This document shows, one piece after another, positions 11,746-23,720 of a stretch of DNA of 45,149 bases; positions within the stretch are counted from its first letter, which is position 1, and each line of letters starts with the position of its first letter. The position numbers and the translations under genes were made by a program. The stretch covers positions 37,390,761 through 37,435,909 of the forward strand of contig NC_068995.1 of NCBI RefSeq assembly GCF_001194135.2. The letters run 5' to 3'. The stretch comes from Octopus bimaculoides (lineage: Eukaryota). The notes beneath the pieces were generated by a model. The model saw only the letters and a program-made list of their open reading frames with translations, did no database searches and was not told the origin of the DNA.

Positions 11746-13558
11746 CTTAGTATTTTTTTTATTAATATGAGAAACATATACTCTATAGCACAGTACAAAA
11801 AATTAACCTCAAGCTCACGCCACCGACATCGACATACATTGTGAATAGCATCTCACAATTTACAAATTACATTTGTAATCTAGCAATTTTGTCTTCAGTC
11901 ACTTTTCCTTAGATTGCATTCCAAGTGAATGAAATAATTTAGTATTTCAAACACGTTCCCCTATTTGTTTTCTTAATGCAGATACCATAATGCTTCAGTA
12001 TTAAATATTACACTGTTATAGTTAGAATTTCGAAATGTTTCTTTTGTATCAATGCTTGCGATCAATATTAATGCATTAATATTGCTTGTATTGGTTTAAT
12101 TACTGCTGCAATCTGTTCATTTTATTTTCGTGATATACAAGACAGTTTTCATCTACCAATTATTTTTGATAATCAGTTACGTTTTACGTTTTGTTTCGTG
12201 TCCAGCTGTTTCTATCTTTACACAATAGAAGCTTAGGAGAAATTGGAATTTATGCTGACCATGCAGACTTGTTTAACTAACTGAAGAGAAAAATAACCTT
12301 GTTGATTCGCGTAGCCTAATCAGATCCCGGAAGGCGAACTTGGCTTCATCACAATCATTAATAATGCCCAGCTCTATCTTTAAACATCAACTACTGCATC
12401 TAAATATGTTGCTTATTAGCAACTATTGATTTGATCAGAGAGATAAATGACTTTACTACAAAAATACAAACAATACCTGTTTGAAGAGAACAGCCTGGAA
12501 ATACTCAGGGTAGCCCGATGCACCAAAGCTCAATGGTAAAGTGGGTAACATGGTAACATGATGTCGTAAATCAAGAATTTTAATTAATTGAAATTACAGT
12601 TTTACTGATAAGAATAATCAATTACCCAAATGACTAATTCTGAGAAAACAGACGGCAAATCCAAAATTTTAATTATGATGAATTGAAAATGTGATGCAGT
12701 GAAAAGTATATCTGACCTCTGTCAGTATGATGGCATTTTCAGACACTTATTTCGGTTCTATAAGCCCTCTTCAGAGAAGCATATATATACATATACATAT
12801 ATATATACATATACATATATATANNNNNNNNNNNNNNNNNNNNNNNNNNNNNNNNNNNNNNNNNNNNNNNNNNNNNNNNNNNNNNNNNNNNNNNNNNNNN
12901 NNNNNNNNNNNNNNNNNNNNNNNNNNNNNNNNNNNNNNNNNNNNNNNNNNNNNNNNNNNNNNNNNNNNNNNNNNNNNNNNNNNNNNNNNNNNNNNNNNNN
13001 NNNNNNNNNNNNNNNNNNNNNNNNNNNNNNNNNNNNNNNNNNNNNNNNNNNNNNNNNNNNNNNNNNNNNNNNNNNNNNNNNNNNNNNNNNNNNNNNNNNN
13101 NNNNNNNNNNNNNNNNNNNNNNNNNNNNNNNNNNNNNNNNNNNNNNNNNNNNNNNNNNNNNNNNNNNNNNNNNNNNNNNNNNNNNNNNNNNNNNNNNNNN
13201 NNNNNNNNNNNTATATATATACACGCACGCACACACACAGGTTATTTCAGTATCTAAAACTATGGCACCATTTGCCAATTTATATTGATAAATGACTACA
13301 GAAATGCTATTTTGCATTTATTTTTGATCCATGCCTCTGACAAAATGAACTTAGCAATATTTAGATGCCTCACCCATTCATTCTTCACATTATATCATTA
13401 TTCTTAATCTTTATTCAACTTTGGAACAACAGAGCCTAAAAGAGGCAAGAAACCCAGATAGTGGGACATTTTTGTGCCAACTAGAATTGAACCTGGTTAA
13501 CCTGGTTTTCATATTTGTCGCCATCCTTTTATGAAAAATAAAAAAAAATTTTTGCCTT

Positions 13559-13944
13559 ATTGAAAGAACTGATGTAAACAATTTTTTCTTCTTTCTTTCT
13601 TCCTTCTTTCTTTCCTTCTCTTTTCCATTGGCACTCCTTTCAGATACAAAGACACGCACACACACACACACACAAACACATACGCGCACACTCGCACACA
13701 TACACGCACACACCCACTCTCACTCACTGGACGATAATGACAATGTTTTGAAAAATAACTTTTATCAAAACAAGGCCCCAGTTAGATAACCCCCTGCTTT
13801 TGCCATTTTTAAAGGCCAAGAATCAACTTGCCATCTTCCATTGAAAGAACTGATCAGCTGTATAGATGTAAGCACAATTTTTTCTTCTTTCTCTCTTCCT
13901 TCTTTCTTTCCTTCTCCTTTCCATTGACACTCCTTTCAGATACA
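13559..13944 (+). repeat. Local direct duplication (13559-13648 and 13840-13944)
   Basis: attgaaagaactgat...ttccattg(g/a)cactcctttcagataca occurs twice, each followed by (CA)n. Confidence 0.85.
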
Positions 13945-14227
13945 CAGGTGCGCGCACGCGCGTGCGCACACACACATACACACACAAAACACACACAAAA
14001 CACACACACACACACTGTCTCTCACTTTTGTCCACATTCCTCATCCTCTTTTACTATCCTATATATCTCTCTCCACCCCTACACACTCAATAATACTATA
14101 AAAAGAGACGAATCTCCTCAAAAAATTTTAATCTGAAGATTCTACTAGAATAGATGCAAGCGCTAATATATGATTTATAAAAGCATGTGACATATCAATA
14201 AGAATCTGTAAATGTACNNNNNNNNNN

Positions 14228-14269
<42 letters not shown>

Positions 14270-14493
14270 GGTTAATACTAATTTTCGATGACTTGAAAAG
14301 CATATAGGTGTTTAGTAATTGCACACAGAATGACGTCATCATTGAAGAAAATTATTGGACAAAATATTCGAGGAAACCTCTGAAGCTCACCTACAAATAG
14401 ATTTCATATTTAAATTACGTTAATGTATTGAAATTTAAGGTTTGACCCTGTTGCCTATAATTAAGACTACAATTAGTAATGTAGGTAATAATA

Positions 14494-14819
14494 ACGATAA
14501 ACGTCGCCCTTTCAAATCCTAACCAGGCTCATGGGCCCGGTTTCCCGGTTCTATGGCGTATGTGTTCCCCACCCCCACCAGCTGGACGGGACGCCAGTCC
14601 ATCGCAGCGTTACTCAGTTACTCAAGAAACAGGAAGATAGAGTGAGAGAAAGTTGGGGCGAAAGAGTACACCAGGGGTTACAACCACCCCCTGTCGGAGC
14701 CTCGTAGTGCTCAGCTGTTTTCGCTCAATAAACACAAACAACGCCCGGACTGGGAATCGAAACCTCGATCCTCCGATCGCGAGTCCGCTGCCCTTACCAC
14801 TGGGCCATTGCGCCTCTAC
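14494..14819 (-). mobile_element. SINE family C (tRNA-Arg-like head, V-domain-like box) with 13-bp TSD
   Basis: Head ggcgcaatggcccagtggtaagggcagcggactcgcgatcggaggatcgaggtttcgattccc; box gctgcgatggactggcgtcccgtccag; gtaggtaataata duplicated at 14481-14493 and 14820-14832. Confidence 0.85.
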
Positions 14820-15008
14820 GTAGGTAATAATAGTTATAATTAAATTCTCCGTGGTATTTAAGTAACATTTCTTGGTTTCTACAATACATGTATTACTTCG
14901 ATATAACTGTCATCGTTTTTTTCCTATTACCTTAGACTACTGCATCTCTCTTAGTTTTATATATTTTGTGGTATTAAAAATATTTTCCCGCAGTATTCAT
15001 GTTTACGA

Positions 15009-15225
15009 GCTGGTGAGCTGGCAGAATCGTTAGTTAGTCGGAGAAATTGCTTAATAGCATTTCTTCCGCCTTTGTACGTTATTATTTCAAATACCGTTAA
15101 GGTCAACTTTGTCAGCCCTTTGGAAACGATAAAAGAAATTACTAGTTAAGTACTAGGACCAATCTAACCCAAGTACTTATCGACTCACTACAAAACTGCT
15201 GGCCTTGAACCGAACAACGAACCTG
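15009..15225 (+). mobile_element. Degenerate SINE family B copy
   Basis: ggtgagctggcagaatcgttag head; aaggtcaactttg; ctgctggccttg tail. Confidence 0.7.
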
Positions 15226-15610
15226 CGTCATGTTCAGGAAAATATTGTGATCTTGGTCACGTATACGGGTAACTGGCCTTGTGAATTCTAGTGTTCAAGG
15301 AAGAAAAAAAAAACAAACATGTTTACATGAAAATGCATTCCAGTGTTATCTTCAGTTTGCTCTCTGTTCAACGATAGCTAAACAATGTTATTCAGTTATC
15401 AAATTTCATATCGTATGAATAAAATATATTTATACGGCATTACTTAAATTGTTTCCTGCTGTAAGAGCATACACGTATTATATTGTTAGTCAAAGTCAAA
15501 GTATTGGCTTATTAGTAATAAGAAATGGTAAAGTTTATTCTTCGAATTTCATCTTGACTTATGGAGGAATAATTACTGGAGATTACCTCGTACTAAATTC
15601 ATCGATAATA

Positions 15611-16010
15611 AGGCGTAGGAGTGGCTGTGTGGTAAGTAGCTTGCTTCCCAACCACATGGTTCCGGGTTCAGGCCCACTGCGTGGCACCTTGGGCAAGTGT
15701 CTTCTACTATAGCCTCGGGCCGACCAAAGCCTTGTGAGTGGATTTGGTAGACGGAAACTGAACGAAGCCTGTCGTTTATATGTATATATGTGTGTGTATA
15801 TGTTTGTGTGTCTGTGTTTGTCTCCCCAACATTGCTTAACAACCGAAGCTGGTGTGTTTACGTCCCCGTAACTTAGCGGTTCGGCAAAAAGAGACCGATA
15901 GAATAAGTACTAGGCTTGCAAAGAATAAGTCCTGGGGTCGATTTGCTCGACTAAAAGGTGGTGCTCCAGCATGGCCACAGTCAAATGACTGAAACAAGTA
16001 AAAGAGTAAT
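15611..16010 (+). mobile_element. SINE family A, full length
   Basis: aggcgtaggagtggctgtgtggtaag...ggcaccttgggcaagtgtc...internal (TA)/(TG)...ggtgctccagcatggccacagtcaaatgactgaaacaagtaaaagag. Confidence 0.92.
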
Positions 16011-16372
16011 ACAATATGAAGTTACATAATATCACACTGTTTGGAGTGCAAACACTTGCATAAATAATTGTACTTCGTATATCGTTGGGAAAGTAAGTGC
16101 GACAGAGTGAGATAACATGGCGAGGCGATTTCGACGCTGATGATCTAGATCGGCTGACTGGACTATCGACCTATGTTGGCGGAAGTACGTTTTGACACTG
16201 GAGACAAGTACACACAAACGCCCGCGCGCAAGTAAAGAAATACACATATAAATAGAGGGAGAAAGACATTGCAAATTATTAATTGAATACAACTGACATA
16301 AGCAATTTTTCTTCTCCCACATAAAAATAAAGAGAAATTTGCTCACAAATATTAACACAGAGAAAGAAAGAA

Positions 16373-16488
<116 letters not shown>

Positions 16489-16900
16489 CAAATGGGTGGA
16501 AGAGAGGGAGACAGACCGAGAGATAGTTTAAAATGAGAGAAATAACAAAAAGGCTGATGTAAAACAGGTCAGCATCAAATCAGCAATGACAAATTGGTGA
16601 TGCCGAAACGGCGGTGCCAAAACATTTCATGTCCAAACCACTATTATATCCACCATTTGTTTTCCAAATAGTTTAGTTAGAAATACTACGAAGAAAGATA
16701 TCGTTCGTGACCTTGTTGTGTACAGTGATACCAAGATTATGGTCCTCACCTAAACCTTTGCAACAAAGTGAATTCTACGGAGGTTGACGAAGGGTTTTAT
16801 AGTGATGTTAAAATTGAGCAGGAAGCTAAAATAGGATTCATACTATACATTCGGAACTCTGTCTGTCTGTCTGTCTGTCTGTATGTATGTATGTATGTGC

Positions 16901-16995
16901 GGAGGCGCAATGGCCCAGTGGTTAGGGCAGCGGACTCCGTTCATCGGATCAACTGGAACCCTCGACGTCGTAAGCGACGGAGTGCCAACAACAAC
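16901..16995 (+). mobile_element. Short SINE: family-C-type head joined to a different tail
   Basis: 16901-16938 matches the SINE-C head; followed by gttcatcggatcaactggaaccctcgacgtcgtaagcgacggagtgcc(aac)n, which is absent from the 14494-14819 copy. Confidence 0.6.
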
Positions 16996-17276
16996 ATGTA
17001 TGTATGTATATTTCTTTCACTCTCTGTCGTTCTCTGTCATTGATAGTTTTTCTGTCTATCTCTGTATTTCTATTTCTGTCTACCTGTCTTTCTGTCTCTC
17101 TCCCTCTCTCTTTCATTTAAAATATTTTACCAGTTTTAGATAATGTGCTGCAGTTGGAACACGATTTTAATGTTTCTATTTTTCATTAGTTGAACTTTTC
17201 CATACTTATCTTAAACGATTTCGGGGAAGAAAGGAAGGCAAAATCAGAAGAAGCAATCAATATAAACATATATCGT

Positions 17277-17460
17277 TTTAAAATTTTGGCAAAAGGCCAT
17301 CAGTTTCGCGAGAGGAGCTAAGTTGATTATATCGACCGCAGAACTAACCTCCTACTTACTTTATCGACCCCGAAATAATGAAAGGCAAAGTCGACCTTGG
17401 TGGAATTGGAGCTCAGAACGTCTAGACTAACGAAATACCACTAAGCATTTTCCGCAGCGC
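17277..17460 (-). mobile_element. SINE family B copy
   Basis: aaaattttggcaaaaggcc...tttatcgaccccgaaataatgaaaggcaaagtcgacc...ctcagaacg. Confidence 0.8.
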
Positions 17461-17654
17461 AAACACTCCTACTTGAAACTCCCATAATTTTTTCGAAATC
17501 ATCCAGAAAAGCGCGCACACACACATACACTCTCACACAAAAGCACATGTATGCATATACTCTTTACTCTTTTACTTGTGTGTATATGTATGTATGTATG
17601 TAAGCGTGTATGTACTAGACACCCAAATTTTATTAAAAAAAGAAATGGTTAACT

Positions 17655-17735
17655 TTAATTGACCTCGATCTAGGTGGAATTTGAACTCAGAACAGGAAGA
17701 CGGACAAAGTACTGCTAAGCATTTTCACCGGCACA
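17655..17735 (-). mobile_element. SINE family B fragment
   Basis: ggaatttgaactcagaacaggaagacggacaaagtactgctaagcatttt. Confidence 0.65.
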
Positions 17736-17846
17736 AAACACTTTTGCTGGAAGCTCCCGTATTTTTTTTATTTTCGAAATCAACCAGAAAGATGCACACA
17801 TACACATACATACATACACACACACGCACACTCATATGTATGTATG

Positions 17847-17891
<45 letters not shown>

Positions 17892-18339
17892 CGTATGTGT
17901 ATTTCGTGTGCAAGATTCTTGATGTGGATGCGTGTGTTGAAAGAAATACAATTAAACCTTGGGAGAGGCATTATGCCGGTAATAAACACACGCACTGGTT
18001 CAGTCCTTTATTAATTTATATAGTTTTTTGTTAAATGGAAGTGGACAAGTTACTGAAGAGATTGCAAGAGTGCAATGAAATNNNNNNNNNNNNNNNNNNN
18101 NNNNNNNNNNNNNNNNNNNNNNNNNNNNNNNNNNNNNNNNNNNNNNNNNNNNNNNNNNNNNNNNNNNNNNNNNNNNNNNNNNNNNNNNNNNNNNNNNNNN
18201 NNNNNNNNNNNNNNNNNNNNNNNNNNNNNNNNNNNNNNNNNNNNTATATATATATATGTATATATATATGTGTGTGTGTTTATATGTATGCAAATATGTG
18301 TATGTATGTATGTATATATTGGACAGGCAGATGTCATTC

Positions 18340-18450
18340 AAAAACCAATGGTTAACTTCAGGCTATAGCATAACTTGCTCAAGGTATCAAGCAGTGGGAT
18401 CAATCTTGAGAACCACTGGCTGCAAGGCGATTTTTTAAACCAATTATCCG
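18340..18450 (-). mobile_element. Degenerate SINE family A 5' fragment
   Basis: ggctatagcataacttgctcaaggtatcaagcagtgggat resembles the reverse complement of the A head. Confidence 0.5.
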
Positions 18451-19489
18451 TAACTACTCTCTATGCACCGTGGTAAAAAGATAATATAATTCTGACATGA
18501 AGTGCTTAATAGGAAACGCTATAAAACACTGTAGACCTGACACTATGTGTTTTATTGGAGTCGTAAAACGCTGTAACTTATCCATTTAACTAACTCAAAC
18601 GAAATGAATATCAACCTCCACCGTAAAAGACACCACAATATTTAACAATGAGTAGAAAGTTACAGTTTCTATGGAGGTCTTCAATATAAATATTATTGTC
18701 ATGCGTGTTAAAAAGTTTCATTTATTGTATGCAGTTATTGTTACAAAACATTTGTTATGAGCAACTTGAACGTCAATGTGTTGCAGGATTTTTAACGTAG
18801 CATCCCAGATGTTTTTTGTTACCACGATTTAGGTTATATCTTGTAACACAACGTTTTACTGACAGTTCACATTTTTTCAGTTGAGGCCTATACTCTCTTA
18901 AAGGTGAAGTCTGTATGTATATGAATATATATGTATAAAAGTTTATTCATACATGTGTGAGATTTCGGGTGTCCATGTGTGTGTATTTGAATGTCTATAT
19001 GTGCGCTTGCGTATCTGCACAAGTATATTTTGTTTTTGTTTGTTTGTGTGTGAGTGATTGCGTGTGTGAGTGTTCATGATTTAAAATAACAACCGAAAGG
19101 CTTTGAAATGTGCTTATCCTTATTTCATAGTGACTCTTTACGTTTCAAATATCGCTTCGATCAACCATATCTATCCTACTTCTTGTGCTAATAATATAAG
19201 AAACACGGAAGTACTGAGTTGATATAACATTTACTTCTTCCAAATTGTGCGATGTTGTGCTAAGAACAGAAAATAATTGTGTTGTATTAAGTACTGAGCT
19301 TAAACCTAACCGAATTTGACTCTCCTTCAGATTCAATAAAATTTGTTTAAGTCAAGACCAAAATAGATTGTATCGCTTACCCACCTCCATAAATGCTTCA
19401 TATATAAAGCACGTTTTCAATGCTGACCGATAACATACATTCATCCAGCGACTAAAAATGTTAGGGTATTTACGTAGAAGTTTAAAGCA

Positions 19490-19720
19490 GTGAGTGAGCT
19501 GGTAGAATTAATTCATCATTGTGCCGGGTAAAATGTTGAGTGCTGCTTCCTCCGGCTTTACGCTTTGTGTTCAAATGCTACTGTTGTTGACCTTGCCTTT
19601 CATCCTTTCGAGCTCGACAAAATAAGTACCATTCGAGCTCTGGAATCGATGTGATCGACAATCCAACTCCCTACTCCCTACTAACAAAAGATATTCAGGT
19701 ATTATGCTTGTAGCAGAAAG
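19490..19720 (+). mobile_element. Degenerate SINE family B copy
   Basis: gtgagctggtagaat...gaccttgcctttcatcctttcgagctcgacaaaataagtacc...tcgatgtgatcgac. Confidence 0.75.
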
Positions 19721-19767
19721 CAGATTAACATATATATTTATATGAAATAAGTCTGCATGAGATAAGC

Positions 19768-19807
<40 letters not shown>

Positions 19808-19827
19808 CACACATATAGGCATGCCTG

Positions 19828-19902
<75 letters not shown>

Positions 19903-19903
19903 A

Positions 19904-20160
19904 GGGAGAATTTACAAAAAAAAACAAAAGACGAAGACAGGTGGTGTAGACAGCAATGTATTAGTTTAACGCTCGGGAAGTGAAAAAGTCTTTAACGTTT
20001 CGAGCCTACGCTCTTCCACAGAAAGGAACACAGAAAGAAACAAGGAGAGAAAATTAAAAAATGTGTAGTCGCTAGCGATCTATCATAGCGAATGCCGGAC
20101 AGAGGGGTCACACAGGAGAGTTAAGAAGAAGGGGAGATAATAAATTAGTGGTGATAAAGT
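19904..20160 (-). mobile_element. Penelope-type terminal repeat
   Basis: Longer inverted copy of 411-514; carries the hammerhead-like motif; no ORF. Confidence 0.6.
19990..20025 (-). ncRNA. Minimal type-I hammerhead-ribozyme-like fold (variant core)
   Basis: CUUU-CUGUGGA-A-GAGC(GUAG)GCUC-GAAA-CG-UU-AAAG: 4-bp stem I, 4-bp stem II, palindromic AACGUU; core has U in place of the conserved A6. Confidence 0.45.
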
Positions 20161-21557
20161 GGGTTTAAAGCAAATTTTCATAATAACATTTAAAGCCAAA
20201 TGCTCCTAAGTGTTGGAAATATTATCATCAACACTAAAGATTAGAGATGTACCCTAAATAACATACCATGCAGGACCGAAATGAATAATGCATTGCAGTA
20301 AGTTGTATGTCAATCTTCACTGTAGTCTGGACAGACTGCTTTTTCTTTTGACAATATCTCAGTTTTATTAACCGTCGGAAATAGCATCAAGTAACTGTTA
20401 ACAAATCAATATAGTTTATCAATCGTTAATACATGAAGTTGATAACATTTGCTCAAGCGGAAATGATATTTTTAAAGAAATTTTAAAGAAATTTCCGGTT
20501 GAATAACTTGAAGATTTCATGCACAAATAATAATTTTCCAGTATATTATCTTATTAGGCATATTCATGAATTACAATCTAAATGATGCATTATTTGAAAA
20601 CTAAATCGTGTTGTCAAAGTTATTACAATCGTTTTTGAATTTTCTGAATTTAATGCGAATTAGCATTTCTGATAGCACATTAGCAGATAGCATCCCACTC
20701 TATGTCCTATCGTTATTCCAACTTGTACTTCAGTATTCCACGACTTTTTCTTCTTTGTATTATATACAGCAATACTAAAAAGCTGACGACGAAGAGACTA
20801 TGTATTTCCCAACCTACTAACAATAGTAGCCACTTGTCCATCACAACACAACTGACCGTCGGAAATAAACCGAACGCATTGATCAACGTAAATGTAGTTA
20901 TTAATGATCAAGAACATGGTGTTAACTACACTAAACCATTTTCTTCATAGCTCTCTCTGCACGACTACTGTGGAACTAGAGCTTAAAACAAACATAACCA
21001 ACATTTAGTTGTATTTGTAAATAAAGGGCCGGTTCAGTTTAGATTTTTTTTTTTTGAAGAGTGAAAGGTACTTCCTCACGCATCTTAGATAGATCTATTT
21101 CTATTCACATTTCATGTGGCGTTAACCATTCTATTATAAATTTCCAGTTTAGCTTTGCAATACATCTATATAACTTATAACCTGTTTAAAGAGGTACAAT
21201 GTACAATGCAGAGTAATTAAAAAAATCTGTTCTAAATAACATGTTTGTAAACAACATTATATAATGTAAATACGATATTGATGACATCTAAAATAGAGCT
21301 GTGGAAATACCACTTACCAATGACTTAAAACTACTTACTGTGCATCTGTCTGCTTAAACACATACAACAAACATAAGCAGACGTAGTAGATTCTACCGTT
21401 CTCTCAACATACGTATGTATGTTTGTATATATGTTTATACATACATATATAAATATACATACACACACACACATATGTATAAATACATATAAATATATAT
21501 GTATAATATATATATATATATACATGCAGTATATACATACATATATATATATATGCA

Positions 21558-21596
<39 letters not shown>

Positions 21597-21999
21597 NNNN
21601 NNNNNNNNNNNNNNNNNNNNNNNNNNNNNNNNNNNNNNNNNNNNNNNNNNNNNNNNNNNNNNNNNNNNNNNNNNNNNNNNNNNNNNNNNNNNNNNNNNNN
21701 NNNNNNNNNNNNNNNNNNNNNNNNNNNNNNNNNNNNNNNNNNNNNNNNNNNNNNNNNNNNNNNNNNNNNNNNNNNNNNNNNNNNNNNNNNNNNNNNNNNN
21801 NNNNNNNNNNNNNNNNNNNNNNNNNNNNNNNNNNNNNNNNNNNNNNNNNNNNNNNNNNNNNNNNNNNNNNNNNNNNNNNNNNNNNNNNNNNNNNNNNNNN
21901 NNNNNNNNNNNNNNNNNNNNNNNNNNNNNNNNNNNNNNNNNNNNNNNNNNNNNNNNNNNNNNNNNNNNNNNNNNNNNNNNNNNNNNNNNNNNNNNNNNN

Positions 22000-22040
<41 letters not shown>

Positions 22041-23638
22041 CTGTCCGTTATCTATCAATCTACTATGTTTCTTGTGTCTTTGTTCTTATGCACATACACA
22101 CAGACACCCACTCACACAGACACCCACTCACACACAAAGCCACTCACACATATATGTATATATGTAGGTATATATGTAGGTATATATGCATGCATGCTGG
22201 TATGTGTGTATGTGTGAGTGTGCATATGGGCGTGTGTGCGTGTGACTGGGGGTGTGGAGGTGGAGGTGTGAGTGTGTAATGCATGTGTGCGTGCATCGTA
22301 TAAAATGATGTATGAACAGAGATAAAAAAAAAAATTCCTTTCAGTGACAGTAGATTCAGAACGTCAATTTAAGTGTAACATGGTTCAGCCTGTGTTGTCT
22401 GAATGCACGAACAGCAAGAATCGTGCCCCACTCAGTCACTTATGCGTGTATAAATAACTGTGTTGCCTTTGTAAACATTTATAAATATAGCCCTGTATGC
22501 GCACACATGTTTTATGTACACGCAATGCAATAATTCATACATACACACATATATCTATATGCATGTATGTCAGTATGTATGTATATGTATATATATATGT
22601 ATATATATATATATAAATATATATATANNNNNNNNNNNNNNNNNNNNNNNNNNNNNNNNNNNNNNNNNNNNNNNNNNNNNNNNNNNNNNNNNNNNNNNNN
22701 NNNNNNNNNNNNNNNNNNNNNNNNNNNNNNNNNNNNNNNNNNNNNNNNNNNNNNNNNNNNNNNNNNNNNNNNNNNNNNNNNNNNNNNNNNNNNNNNNNNN
22801 NNNNNNNNNNNNNNNNNNNNNNNNNNNNNNNNNNNNNNNNNNNNNNNNNNNNNNNNNNNNNNNNNNNNNNNNNNNNNNNNNNNNNNNNNNNNNNNNNNNN
22901 NNNNNNNNNNNNNNNNNNNNNNNNNNNNNNNNNNNNNNNNNNNNNNNNNNNNNNNNNNNNNNNNNNNNNNNNNNNNNNNNNNNNNNNNNNNNNNNNNNNN
23001 NNNNNNNNNNNNNNNNNNNNNNNNNNNNNNNNNNNNNNNNNNNNNNNNNNNNNNNNNNNNNNNNNNNNNNNNNNNNNNNNNNNNNNNNNNNNNNNNNNNN
23101 NNNNNNNNNNNNNNNNNNNNNNNNNNNNNNNNNNNNNNNNNNNNNNNNNNNNNNNNNNNNNNNNNNNNNNNNNNNNNNNNNNNNNNNNNNNNNNNNNNNN
23201 NNNNNNNNNNNNNNNNNNNNNNNNNNNNNNNNNNNNNNNNNNNNNNNNNNNNNNNNNNNNNNNNNNNNNNNNNNNNNNNNNNNNNNNNNNNNNNNNNNNN
23301 NNNNNNNNNNATACATATATATTTATATATATATACATATATATTTATATATGTATGTTTTCATTTATGTATGTAGGCATGTGTTTTATGTATGTATAAG
23401 AATGTATGTTTCTATGTAAGTATGTATGTATATATGTATGTATGTATGTGTGTATGTATGTATGTATGTATGTATGTATGTATGTATGTATGTATGCATG
23501 CTGTCCTCTCGTGTAACATGAGAGTACGGAGAATCTGGCAGCAAAAAGATGGATGAACCATATTATATTCATTTAAAATGAATTAACATTAAGTAAACAA
23601 AATCGAAACAACATATTTAACAGCATGCTTTCACTTAC

Positions 23639-23720
23639 GTAAGTTTTCTTTCTCAGTTTTTTCGCTATTGCCAGAGGGTAACCCCGTGATAAACAGCAAA
23701 ACCGAAGCGAGACACCACAT
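23639..23720 (-). CDS. Candidate first coding exon encoding a signal peptide (secreted or membrane protein, unknown)
   Basis: ATG at 23720 with A at -3 and an upstream in-frame TAA; MWCLASVLLFITGLPSGNSEKTEKENL; immediately followed by consensus donor C|GTAAGT (phase 1). Confidence 0.5.

Noticed and set aside
12699-13317. Long ORF-track entries spanning N-gaps (also 21.4-23.4, 26.3-27.0, 36.4-36.8 and 38.2-38.8 kb)
   Set aside because: They consist of X runs and YI/HT/CV dipeptides from microsatellites and carry no coding evidence.
21310-21350. Two GTAAGT donors on the minus strand with a nearby AG (possible micro-exon)
   Set aside because: An 11-32 nt candidate cannot be distinguished from chance without transcript data.
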